A stretch of DNA of 63,205 bases, filler included, from Reclinomonas americana ATCC 50394 (Eukaryota): NCBI GenBank assembly GCA_048213135.1. It is 5 parts of 4 records of this genome, joined end to end, with 100 filler letters (N's around TTAATTAATTAA, not from the genome) between each part and the next. Parts side by side here need not be neighbours in the genome. Positions count along the whole stretch, not along the records: positions 1 to 13,505 come from PS015466.1; positions 13,606 to 30,894 come from PS015466.1; 3 more parts are not named here. One strand, 5' to 3'. The notes beneath the pieces are model-generated. The model saw only the letters and a program-made list of their open reading frames with translations. It did not search any database and was not told the DNA's origin. Positions 1 to 13,606 of the stretch are shown here, piece after piece (the first letter of the stretch is position 1; each line of letters opens with the position of its first letter). The translations under genes and the position numbers were made by a program.

Positions 1-808
1 AAAGTACAGACTGCGCACACGAATTCCTCAGTCAACGAGCACTCACATGATCGATCCACACACACACACACACACACCTATCCCACAGGCCATCAAACTC
101 TCTTGCCGGCAGCGTCCAGTGCGAACACGCGGCAATCTCCTCCGCGGCACCCTCATCGTCAGCCGCCTCCTCCCCACATCCCTTTGACACACGGGGGTTG
201 GCCGAGCGAGAACGCGGGAAAGCCACATAGACAACTCGCAGCGCCTCACCTCCTCATTCAACTGGTACACACTGATGTGCAGCTCCGCCTGCCAGTTGTA
301 CACCGCAGGAACACCGGCACTCTCGGCACTGCCACCGTCGGCACCGACACTGGCCACCCGAAAGCGCTCCACATGTCTCGCCAAGAATGCGTCCTCAGAG
401 AAATCAATCTGCGATCATCACATCCATCGTCACACACACGCACAGAAGGCACAGGTGCAAGCAAGACAACAACACCTCATCGCCCTCGGTGAACACTGGA
501 TGCGAGTGCGACAAGAGCTCCTCTGCGTGTTGAAAGACGGCACTTCGTTTGGCGGTCGATGTTGACAGCAAGCAGATCTCCACTGCCCCACCACAGCGCA
601 CTGCGTGAGTGTGCTGCGAAGAGGAGGAGAGGAGAGGCTGGAGCAAGGCAGAGGCACTTTGTGGTCACCAACCATACACAGGCACTTTGATCGGATCCTC
701 ACATGCCGCCGCCGCCGCCATTTGAGGCGGCCGTGACTGCGAGGATGATGATCGCGACACTGGTGCAGGTGGTGGTGGTGGAAGCGATACGTCGTCGTCG
801 ACTTGCAT
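1..808 (-). CDS. TRIP13: Pachytene checkpoint protein 2 / TRIP13 AAA+ ATPase, 5' part (runs off the window)
   Basis: ATG at 808; spliced exons give KVPVY-VEICLLSTSTAKR...LHISVYQLNEE-EAADDEGAAEEIAACSHWTLPAREFDGLWDS-LYF, matching the TRIP13/Pch2 N-terminal domain; GT-AG introns (e.g. 672-583). Confidence 0.88.
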
Positions 809-979
809 GTGATCAGAGACTTGATATGATTGAAGAAGGACATGAGGACGACTAACAAACGACTCTGCACCTTTTTCATCATCATTATCACTGGTAAACA
901 AAAGGGAGCGACGAAGTAGAGTCAAAGCGTAACTTAAACAGGAACAAAACAAAACAAAAAACCAACTAAAAAGAGATTA

Positions 980-3900
980 CTACAACCGAGTGCCGACAGC
1001 CGCACGACGTGTCGGCGACAAGACCACAGAACTGTGGTGTCTTTGCAGTGGCGACGAGAGCGGCGACACAAGAGCGGGGAGGGGACCGGTGGTGGCCGGT
1101 GGGGACTTGGGAATGGACAGGGGCGGGAGTTGCGGCTGCTTGGGAGTCAGCGGTGCCGACGGCGATGCCGGAATTGCTGCTGCTGCTGCTGCTGCTGTCG
1201 TCGATCTCGACGATGGCAGTGGTGGTGGGTAGCGCGGCGAGCTCACCATGCGGACCTCGCCGTCCGGCAGCAGAATCAGGCTGTTGCGACGCAGCAGCTG
1301 CATTGCGGCCGCTGCAGAGGCACGAGTCGGTGTGGTCGGTTGTGTGCGCTGCGATCGCGAACTGTCGGGCTCCGTCGGCGGCGCCGCCTGCTGCGAGGGC
1401 TCTCCTGTCTCACCGCCACGTATCCACGGACGCATCTTGAACGACAGCTGTCGTGACATGGCAGTGTCGGCCAGGCGCGGAATCGGCGTGTTGCACAGGG
1501 AGGCCGCTGGTGGCTCTGTCATGGCCTCCGAGTAGCTGTCGCTGTCGTCAAACAGCAGTGCATCGTCGTTGTCGAAATCGCAGTCCACGAGCCGCGGTGC
1601 AGCGGCCGCACGCAAGGCCATATTGATATTCGTGCGATCACGACGCGGCGTCACGGCAGTGGACACTGGCGCCGACATGGCGGTCGACATCCACTGTGAG
1701 TGCGCCTTTACCGGCACAGTGGGCGGTGGAGCTGCCGGCGGCAACGAGGGCGTCATGTTTCCGGTCTCCTTGCGCCACCACGTTACTCGCGGCTGGTCTG
1801 CGAAGCCGCGGGCGATCTCGCGAGCCACTCCCCTCACTTTGTCGTCTGTGTCGGGCGTATTCTGGCGGGTGGGCAGTGGCGGGAGCGCCTGTTGCGGAGC
1901 CTTGGAGTGGGAGTCGGTCCGTTTATGCGAGGCGACGCGTGTGGCAGCACGCTGACCGCGCTTGCTGGCCGACGGCATCGGGAACAGCAGTGGCGGGATC
2001 ACGATGCCCACATTCTCCTCCTCGCATTCCTCCTCCTTGCCTCCCTGCACTTGTTGCTGGCGCAGTGCACTCTGCGTCTGCGAGATCATCTGCGTACATG
2101 AACCAGGCAGAGTGAGATACACAGCACACACAACTGACAAGTAGTAATGTGCGATTGTTGCACCACGAACCAGCACCGAGGCCGGCTGTACTTCCCACAT
2201 GCCGGCATTGTTCTCCGTGACCCAAGAGACCACGGTCGACCGTTCGTCCTCGCCGCCCTCTTCGTCGACGGTGGCCGGGGTGACATCGGTCGAAGCTGCG
2301 GAGCTGCTGACCGTGGTCGATCGCGAAGCGGACTCGCTGGCAGCTGCGGTGTTCACATTGATACTGCTGCAGCTGCTGTTCATCGCCATGGCCGCCGCCG
2401 CCGCACCCGCTGCTGCTGCTCGTGGTGTTGTGCTGACTGCCGGTGCGGCAGCGTGGTGTAGCTGCTGATCGAGACCCGGCAAACTGTGGAAGCGCGCCGA
2501 CAATACCGCCTGCTGTCGAATTGCATTTGCCGGTGAGACGCACTCGGACGTGGCCGACGAAGACGATGCGGTCTCATCGACCGGCGCCTCCTCGTCCCTG
2601 TCAGTGAACGCCCTGTCGGNNNNNNNNNNNNNNNNNNNNNNNNNNNNNNNNNNNNNNNNNNNNNNNNNNNNNNNNNNNNNNNNNNNNNNNNNNNNNNNNN
2701 NNNNNNNNNNNNNNNNNNNNNNNNNNNNNNNNNNNNNNNNNNNNNNNNNNNNNNNNNNNNNNNNNNNNNNNNNNNNNNNNNNNNNNNNNNNNNNNNNNNN
2801 NNNNNNNNNNNNNNNNNNNNNNNNNNNNNNNNNNNNNNNNNNNNNNNNNNNNNNNNNNNNNNNNNNNNNNNNNNNNNNNNNNNNNNNNNNNNNNNNNNNN
2901 NNNNNNNNNNNNNNNNNNNNNNNNNNNNNNNNNNNNNNNNNNNNNNNNNNNNNNNNNNNNNNNNNNNNNNNNNNNNNNNNNNNNNNNNNNNNNNNNNNNN
3001 NNNNNNNNNNNNNNNNNNNNNNNNNNNNNNNNNNNNNNNNNNNNNNNNNNNNNNNNNNNNNNNNNNNNNNNNNNNNNNNNNNNNNNNNNNNNNNNNNNNN
3101 NNNNNNNNNNNNNNNNNNNNNNNNNNNNNNNNNNNNNNNNNNNNNNNNNNNNNNNNNNNNNNNNNNNNNNNNNNNNNNNNNNNNNNNNNNNNNNNNNNNN
3201 NNNNNNNNNNNNNNNNNNNNNNNNNNNNNNNNNNNNNNNNNNNNNNNNNNNNNNNNNNNNNNNNNNNNNNNNNNNNNNNNNNNNNNNNNNNNNNNNNNNN
3301 NNNNNNNNNNNNNNNNNNNNNNNNNNNNNNNNNNNNNNNNNNNNNNNNNNNNNNNNNNNNNNNNNNNNNNNNNNNNNNNNNNNNNNNNNNNNNNNNNNNN
3401 NNNNNNNNNNNNNNNNNNNNNNNNNNNNNNNNNNNNNNNNNNNNNNNNNNNNNNNNNNNNNNNNNNNNNNNNNNNNNNNNNNNNNNNNNNNCACTGCGCG
3501 CCGAGAAGCTGGCACACTCGCTCTGCACACTGCGCGTTGGACCGAGAACGGTGGCCAGCGCACCGGCAATGGCGATCGATAGATTCGCTGGTGACGAGCC
3601 CATGCCCGGCTGCAACACTGCCAGGTTCAGCGGCGGAATGGCCACACGACAGCGTGGCACGTGCGTGGAGCCTGCCGACGACAACGGAGACAACCCTTCA
3701 TCGCCGTCGCTGTCCACCGCCACTGAACGACCTGCACCTGTTGCTGCTGCTGCTGCTGCTGCCGCTCCTCCTCCACCACCACAAGAGCCCGCCGACGACA
3801 TGGACCAGAACGCTCGCATACCCGGCCCTTCCGGGAAGCCCGGTGGAGGGGTCGGCGTCGATCGTCGATTGCCACTGTTGCTGCGTGGCCGTCCCGACAC

Positions 3901-5141
3901 CGATTCCGCCGCCAGTCTTCTTCTCTCCTGATCGGTGCTGCGCCTGGGCAGTGCCGCCTCCAGATCGTTCTCCATTCTGNNNNNNNNNNNNNNNNNNNNN
4001 NNNNNNNNNNNNNNNNNNNNNNNNNNNNNNNNNNNNNNNNNNNNNNNNNNNNNNNNNNNNNNNNNNNNNNNNNNNNNNNNNNNNNNNNNNNNNNNNNNNN
4101 NNNNNNNNNNNNNNNNNNNNNNNNNNNNNNNNNNNNNNNNNNNNNNNNNNNNNNNNNNNNNNNNNNNNNNNNNNNNNNNNNNNNNNNNNNNNNNNNNNNN
4201 NNNNNNNNNNNNNNNNNNNNNNNNNNNNNNNNNNNNNNNNNNNNNNNNNNNNNNNNNNNNNNNNNNNNNNNNNNNNNNNNNNNNNNNNNNNNNNNNNNNN
4301 NNNNNNNNNNNNNNNNNNNNNNNNNNNNNNNNNNNNNNNNNNNNNNNNNNNNNNNNNNNNNNNNNNNNNNNNNNNNNNNNNNNNNNNNNNNNNNNNNNNN
4401 NNNNNNNNNNNNNNNNNNNNNNNNNNNNNNNNNNNNNNNNNNNNNNNNNNNNNNNNNNNNNNNNNNNNNNNNNNNNNNNNNNNNNNNNNNNNNNNNNNNN
4501 NNNNNNNNNNNNNNNNNNNNNNNNNNNNNNNNNNNNNNNNNNNNNNNNNNNNNNNNNNNNNNNNNNNNNNNNNNNNNNNNNNNNNNNNNNNNNNNNNNNN
4601 NNNNNNNNNNNNNNNNNNNNNNNNNNNNNNNNNNNNNNNNNNNNNNNNNNNNNNNNNNNNNNNNNNNNNNNNNNNNNNNNNNNNNNNNNNNNNNNNNNNN
4701 NNNNNNNNNNNNNNNNNNNNNNNNNNNNNNNNNNNNNNNNNNNNNNNNNNNNNNNNNNNNNNNNNNNNNNNNNNNNNNNNNNNNNNNNNNNNNNNNNNNN
4801 NNNNNNNNNNNNNNNNNNNNNNNNNNNCTTTCCCCCCCGTGATCGATGGATTGAGCGTCTCCTTCCACACACACACACGATCACGAAAAGACAAGTGTCT
4901 GTCGCAACTTTTGTAGTTGTAGTGACGCATCCGACAGCGATAGCCTGGGCGACTGTACAGGTGCCGACGACACTGCCATGTGTACAATGTGCACGGCTTC
5001 CTCTGTGATGGCCGCCGTCTCGGCCAGTTCTCGCTCCTCTCGCCTTATTCTCCACATCGAGCCGACTTTGATGCCGATGACCAGCACCACAGCCGCACTC
5101 ACCAACACCACACAGGCGATCTCGAGACCGCCGAACCACAT
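980..5141 (-). CDS. Hypothetical single-pass membrane protein with long Pro/Ser/Ala-rich disordered region (spans two gaps)
   Basis: MWFGGLEIACVVLVSAAVVLVIGIKVG hydrophobic N-terminus at 5141; long open low-complexity frames on the minus strand at 3492-3979 and 980-2619; joining across gaps is assumed. Confidence 0.45.
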
Positions 5142-5322
5142 GACGTGTGTGTGTGTGTGAGGCGCGTGCTGTTCAGATTTTTCCTCTCTCCGTCACCAAT
5201 GAAATAAAAACCGCAAAAACGATTTTCCTCCGGTATTTTGCAATATCGATCAATCGAAGGGTGCCTGCCTTCCCAAGTCATTCTCGTCCTCCTCTTTACT
5301 GCTAGCTTTGCTGTTCTTCCGG

Positions 5323-6534
5323 TCACCGAGCGCCCATTCTGTGGAACACGAGCTGGTGATCGGTCTCTTGCGGACCGGGCTTTAGCGACACCATGACGGG
5401 CCGGTTGCGCAGCGACGAGCGCAGCATGACCAGATCGCTGTTGGCGATCTGCGTGCCGTCTCCCTCATGCTCCACTGCCGCAGCGTCGCTGTCGGCTGCA
5501 TTCTCTGCATTATTCGTCGACGTCGTCGTCGTTGTTGTCGATGCAGTCGTCTTTTCCGGTTCAATGCTGGTGTAGTAGCCGGCAATGCTCACCAGCTCCG
5601 GATTGAAGGCAGCCGCGTAGATGCGGCAGTTCAGATTGCCGCGCAGACTACGACACACACACGCACACGCACACACGCACACACACAGGTATGAGGGAAC
5701 TGACACGGAGTGGCAACGGCAGCGATTCGACGTACCCTGCGTGCGCCTGGCCCTCCAGCACGCCGTACACGTGAATGTCGCCGTCGGCCCGCACTTCGCC
5801 GTACGCATGCACGTGGCCAATGACCACCAGGCTGCGGTCCTTGGCGTACACCTCCTGCCCGCCACGCACCGGCTGCGACCACACCAGCGCCTCCAACGGT
5901 GCAGCTTGCACCTGTGCCGGTGGTGGAGGCGGAGGCTGAGGCGTGGCGGGCTGAGAGGACAGCGCTGCAGCTGGCTGATCGCTGCCACTGACAACAACCA
6001 CCGACTGACTGTTTTCGCGCACGAGTGGCAACCGTGCGGCCTGCGCAATCGCCTTGCTGTAGCGCGATGCCTGCGTGACTCCCACCGGCAGCATCTCGCA
6101 CTCCCCACGCAGTGTGTCGGCAATGTGGCGCACAAAGTCGGCTACCTCCTCGCTACTGCTGCTCATCTCTGCAGTGCCGGCCGGTGTCGTGGCATCTGCA
6201 TCGCTCGGTGGTGTGGCCGGTGGTCGATAGTCTCTGTTGACATGCATGTGAGTCAGAGAGGGAGAGAGGACAGGGGAGAAGGGTGTGTGTGTGCACGCAA
6301 CAGGACGACGGGGGAGCCTCGATAGAAGGCAGCAGTGGCACGAATCTGCGTGTGCGAGTGAGAAGTGATGAGCATGCATCATGCAGTCAGCCTGTGAGAG
6401 ACCTTGTCGAGTGCACTGAGGCCATCCTCCCGCGAACTGATGCGCAGTGTGGGCACGAGGAAGGACTTGTTGACGAGCGCCAGCTTGTGATTGCTGCTGA
6501 AGAGAGCGCGACTGACGAGTGCTCTGAGAATCAT
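5323..6534 (-). CDS. minC: Septum site-determining protein MinC homologue with predicted mitochondrial presequence
   Basis: Exons 6534-6403, 6345-6302, 6233-5736, 5647-5323. Product MILRALVSRALFSS...IRATAAFYRGSPVVLD...PVRGGQEVYAKDRSLVVIGHVHAYGEVRADGDIHVYGVLEGQAHAGLRGNLNCRIYAAAFNPELVSIAGYY, matching the MinC C-terminal beta-helix (VRSGQ, ADGxIHVYG, ELVSIAG). Confidence 0.9.
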
Positions 6535-6571
6535 GTTGAGTCGCGAACTGGGACGGAGGACAAGACTTCTT

Positions 6572-8966
<2,395 letters not shown>

Positions 8967-9029
8967 TTCTCTCTCTCTGCCCAATTTTCACCCGTTTTCT
9001 CTCTTTACGCGAGAGAGAGAGAGACAGCG

Positions 9030-10787
9030 ATGCACAACAAACCGAGTGTGCATGGAAAGCATGTGTGGCCTGTGTGCCCACCAATGCCGTCGATGCCGTG
9101 GTGGCGGTGAGCGTGCAGTCAGTGACTTGTCTGTTACTCTCACTCACTCACTCACTCACTCACTCTCATTCTCTCTTTGCGCTCTCTCGCAGTGAGGCAC
9201 TGGCCATTGTCACCATGCTGATGCTGGCCGCTGCCTTCTTCCTCCCACTGGTGCTCTTCTCGTGGCTCGCCTACGCGGTGAGTGGCGATCAGACGACAAT
9301 CACTCTCTCTTCTCTCTCTTGCGCACTCACTCACTCTGCCTCCGCAGTACGGTGTGGTGTGGAGCTCACTGGTGCTTCTGATTCTGATCGTTGTGTCCTC
9401 GGTGATCCCCATGCGAACGTGGCCGGCGTTTCGGAGACTGTCGTTGTGGAAGGTGCGCCTGTACTGCTTTGCTTGATTGGTGCACTGTGCTCTGATGCCG
9501 AGTGAGTGTGTATGTGGGTGGGCAGCTGTGGCGCGAGTACTTTGACTTCCAGGTGGTGCTGGTGAGTGTGGAGTGCGCGGCGCGCGATGATTTATTCCCC
9601 AGTATTCCTTGTTCACTTGTGGTGCATTGCAGCCGGAGGGCTTTGCGCTGGATTCGCAAAAGAGGTCTCTCTCCGTGTGAGTTGTTGTGCGTGCCAATTC
9701 GATTCCTCTCACCACCTGCATGCCAGATACCTCCTCGTGCACATGCCGCATGGAAGTTGCGCTGCGGATTCGTCGTGTGCCACACGCAGCGTGCACGCGC
9801 TATTGAGCTCACACACGCGACTTGTGGTGCAGTCTTTCCCATGGGGCAGTTCCTGGCGTCCACGCACCAGTCGATTGATGTCTTTTCGCCTGTGGTCGGA
9901 CTGGCGGCGTCGGTGGTGCTGCGCTTGCCGATTGTCTCGTGGATCTACCGGTGGCTCGGTCTGATCGAGTCCACGTGGTCGTGCGCTGTCTCGTACCTCA
10001 ATCGCGGCTCCAATGTCGCCGTTGCGTGGCGCACGCGCACTCACGAGGGCCGCGTGTTCCGACTCACTCGCTCGCTGCGGACACAGGTGATCCCCGGTGG
10101 TGTGGCCGAGATGATGATGAGCAGGCCCGACAAGGAGGTGGTGTTCTTTGGCCACCAGGTTGGTGGCGCGTTGTGCCCATCCTCGTCCACCACCACACAC
10201 AGCTTGACCGCTCCTCGTAGGGCTACTTGCGCATGGCTCTCTCGTGCGGCGCCGACATTGTGCCGGTCTATCACTTTGGCAACACACAGCCGTTGGACCG
10301 CTTCCGTTCCGGACGCGGCTGGTGCGCTCACTCTCCTCGTCCTTCCCTTCCCCTCCCACCAGCCTCACCCTCCTCCCTCCGACACAGGATTACGACGATC
10401 TCGCGCACGCTGCGCACAGCACTCATCTTCCCGTTTGGCCGCTGGTACCTGCCCATCCCCCGCCGCTACCCGCTGCGCATGGTGGTGGGCGAGCCGATCC
10501 AAGTGAAGCAGACGCCGGAGCCGACGGCCAAGCAGGTGGAGGAGTTGCGCGATGTGGTGCGCGCACGCATCGAGGAGCTGTACGTGCGACATCGTCATCT
10601 GGTGGGCTGGGACAAGATGGGTCGCGAGCTGATCGTGCGACTCGAAGACAGCCGCCACCGCGGTCACCAACAAGACCAGCGAGAAAAGAGTCAGATGAAC
10701 ATGCGTCATCTGAGCCACGTGAGCTTTGGCGACGGCTCCATGGCAGAGCTGCCAACCAGCGACGACGAGCAGCAAAAGAAAGAATGA
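9030..10787 (+). CDS. Diacylglycerol acyltransferase family 2 (DGAT2/MGAT-like)
   Basis: N-terminal TM helices, LWREYFDF, YLLVHMPHGIFPMG, VIPGGVAEM, GADIVPVYHFGN, FGRWYLPIPRRYPLRMVVGEPI. Confidence 0.9.
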
Positions 10788-11082
10788 AGAGAACGAAAAG
10801 AGAGATGAATGCATGCATATGTAAAACACGATAGTATAGCAGATCGCATTATTTTTTCAAAGGGTTACTGCACCGAGTTGGCGCGAAAGAAAACGATCCG
10901 CCCGACTCACCGTGTCACGGGACAGACANNNNNNNNNNNNNNNNNNNNNNNNNNNNNNNNNNNNNNNNNNNNNNNNNNNNNNNNNNNNNNNNNNNNNNNN
11001 NNNNNNNNNNNNNNNNNNNNNNNNNNNNNNNNNNNNNNNNNNNNNNNNNNNTCTTTTTCTCATGTGCGATGGCGACGTGTAG

Positions 11083-11943
11083 GGCATTCGCTGCACCGAC
11101 AAGGTGGAGGAGGCGTTCGAGGACATTGACTATGCGCTGCTGGTCGGCGCCAAGCCGCGCGGCCCAGGCATGGAGCGCGCTGACTTGCTGAAGGACAACG
11201 GCAAGATCTTTGTGGGCCAAGGCAAGGCTCTGAACAAGTACGCCAAGAAGACCGTCAAGGTCATTGTCGTCGGCAACCCGGCCAACACCAACTGCCTGGT
11301 CGCGGCCGCCAACGCTCCCTCGATCGACCCGCACAACTTTAGCGCCATGACTCGCCTCGACCACAACCGCGCGCTCGCGCAGTTGGCGCTCAAGCTGGGC
11401 TGCAGCGTCACCGACATTGAGAAGTTCTGCATCTGGGGCAACCACTCGCCGACCATGGTGCCGGATCTGTCCAACGCCGTCGTCAAGTCCGAGTCCATCA
11501 TGTCGCAGGTCGACCAGAAGTGGGTCGACTCCGACTTCATCCCCGTCGTGCAGCAGCGTGGTGCCGCCATCATCAAGGCTCGCGGTCTCTCCAGTGCAAT
11601 GAGCGCTGCGTCGGCCTGCATCGATCACATCTACGACTGGGCCAACGGCTCCAAGGGCCAGTGGCAGAGCATGGCTGTGTGGTCTGACGGCACCAAGTAC
11701 GGCGCGCCGGAGGGCATCTACACCTCGTTCCCGGTCATCACCGCCAACCGCGGTGCGTGCACACTCTATATTCAATTTTGAGGGGGGGCTTAGTCTGCTG
11801 TCTGGCTGACTGTGTTTTGGGGGGTGGCGGCAGACTACTCGATTGTGGAGGGCGTGAAGGTGCTGCCTTTCTTCCAGGAGAAGATCGAGAAGTCGATCAA
11901 GGAGCTCCTGTCGGAGCGCGATGCCGTGGCGGAGCTGCTTTAA
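11083..11943 (+). CDS. Malate dehydrogenase, cytosolic/bacterial (MDH1-like) type, 3' part
   Basis: [56 protein letters not shown] at 11941-11943. Confidence 0.95.
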
Positions 11944-12264
11944 AGAGTGCAGCCTCTCTCCCCCCGTCTTTCGCACAATCATCNNNNNNNNNNNNNNNNN
12001 NNNNNNNNNNNNNNNNNNNNNNNNNNNNNNNNNNNNNNNNNNNNNNNNNNNNNNNNNNNNNNNNNNNNNNNNNNNNNNNNNNNNNNNNNNNNNNNNNNNN
12101 NNNNNNNNNNNNNNNNNNNNNNNNNNNNNNNNNNNNNNNNNNNNNNNNNNNNNNNNNNNNNNNNNNNNNNNNNNNNNNNNNNNNNNNNNNNNNNNNNNNN
12201 NNNNNNNNNNNNNNNNNNNNNNNNNNNNNNNNNNNNNNNNNNNNNNNNNNNNNNNNNNNNNNNN

Positions 12265-12527
12265 GTCCGCGCGGTCATACGCCGCCGACACCAGCGCCGA
12301 CACAACATCTAACAGGGAAGAGCGTGTGAGTGAATGAACTGCTCTCGCAGTTGCAATGCATGTGTGTGCATGTGTGTGCGTGTGCGTGTGACTCAACTCT
12401 CCAGGTGCACTGGGCGACCGCCTGCGCTGCCTCCGGGGCCACTGCCGCCGCCACTTGTGCGTTTGCGATCGTCGCCGGATCCTCCGCCACCAAAGAAGCT
12501 GGTGGGTGAGGATGATGACGATGCCAT
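12265..12527 (-). CDS. Gene 5' fragment, possibly the N-terminus of the MROH1-like protein
   Basis: MASSSSSPTSFF...PVHLE spliced (donor GTTGAGT at 12397) to NVVSALVSAAYDRAD, which resembles the MROH1 N-terminal 'L..LLDA..DKD' helix; truncated by gap. Confidence 0.45.
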
Positions 12528-12687
12528 TCTGCGCAAACACACACACACACATACATACACAGAGTGTGAGTGACACAAGGCAGAGAGAGAGAGAGGACTC
12601 CACGCGCTCAACTCTTTGTGTTGCTGCAATCAGTCGACCGACGGGAGTGCAATCATCCGTCTCAACGTTGTTGTGTTTGCGGCGACC

Positions 12688-13458
12688 ATGTTTGCTCGTT
12701 TTGCAGGTGCGTCTCGCTGCTTTCCGCAGTTGCATGCAATGCGTGGTGTGCGCTTGTGTGTGCGCGCGCGCTTGTGTGTGTGTCTCGTTTGCTCATGTTG
12801 GATGTCGCACGCAATGGCCCACTCCACACGCTCAGTCTCGCGAATGGTTTGTGTGCGTGTGTGCGTGAGAGAGCGAGTGAGTATGATTGCATGCGCTCAT
12901 TGTGCTTTTTTGTTTGCAGGCGTTCTCGGCTGCGGCCGCAGTTTCGTTTGCAGAACAGAGAGAGAGAGAGTTGTCTTTCGTTGCGCCATGTCCGCGTGCT
13001 CACTCGTTGTCTTTCGGTGTGCAGCCCAAGCCGCCAGTCAAGGTGGCGATCACTGGTGCCGCTGGTCAGATTGGCTACGCGCTGCTCCCGCGCATTGCCA
13101 GGTGCGTGTGTGTGTGTGAGACAGGAGAGAGTGAGAGTAACGGTGTGTGTTTGGCAACGATGAGAACTCTTGTGCGTGTGTGGCACGTGTGCTGTGCACG
13201 GTCCGCTTGAACGTCCCGTGTGAGTGACGATACCTAATCTTCTCTCTGAGCCTTTCTTTGCTTCTTCGTCTTCGCCTTGCATCTATGCGTGCGTGCCATT
13301 GTGCATCAGTCGCTTACTGCATTGCTTCGTTTTGTAGCGGACAGCTGCTGGGTGCTGACCAGCCGGTCATCCTGCACTGCCTGGAGCGCGCTGAGGCCAT
13401 GAATGCCATGCGCGGTGTCGAGATGGAGGTGCTCGACGGTGCCTACCCGCTGCTCCGC
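12688..13458 (+). CDS. Malate dehydrogenase 5' part with putative mitochondrial presequence
   Basis: Exons 12688-12706, 12836-12846, 12920-12940, 13025-13101, 13338-13458 give [44 protein letters not shown]...GAYPLLR, continuing in frame with GIRCTDK at 11083. Confidence 0.88.
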
Positions 13459-13549
13459 GTTGCGTCTTCCTGTGTCGTCGTCGTCGTCGTCGCTGATCAG
13501 CGTCGNNNNNNNNNNNNNNNNNNNNNNNNNNNNNNNNNNNNNNNNNNNN

Positions 13550-13561
13550 TTAATTAATTAA
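13550..13561. other. Artificial scaffold linker TTAATTAATTAA (stops in all six frames)
   Basis: Identical 12-mer embedded in Ns, also at 30939, 57152 and 61796. Confidence 0.9.
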
Positions 13562-13606
13562 NNNNNNNNNNNNNNNNNNNNNNNNNNNNNNNNNNNNNNN
13601 NNNNNA

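Noticed and set aside
1..808. TRIP13 as partner of the CD-NTase-like gene (as in HORMA/Trip13 type III CBASS)
   Set aside because: It is the ordinary eukaryotic TRIP13/Pch2, lies about 59 kb and three linkers away, and no HORMA gene is visible
5323..6534. Bacterial contamination as the source of minC, the GH9-CBM3 gene or the CD-NTase-like gene
   Set aside because: All carry spliceosomal introns of the local style and are contiguous with clearly eukaryotic genes
13550..13561. TTAATTAATTAA as a biological palindrome or piggyBac TTAA site
   Set aside because: Identical, always flanked by Ns on both sides and gives stops in all six frames: an assembly spacer
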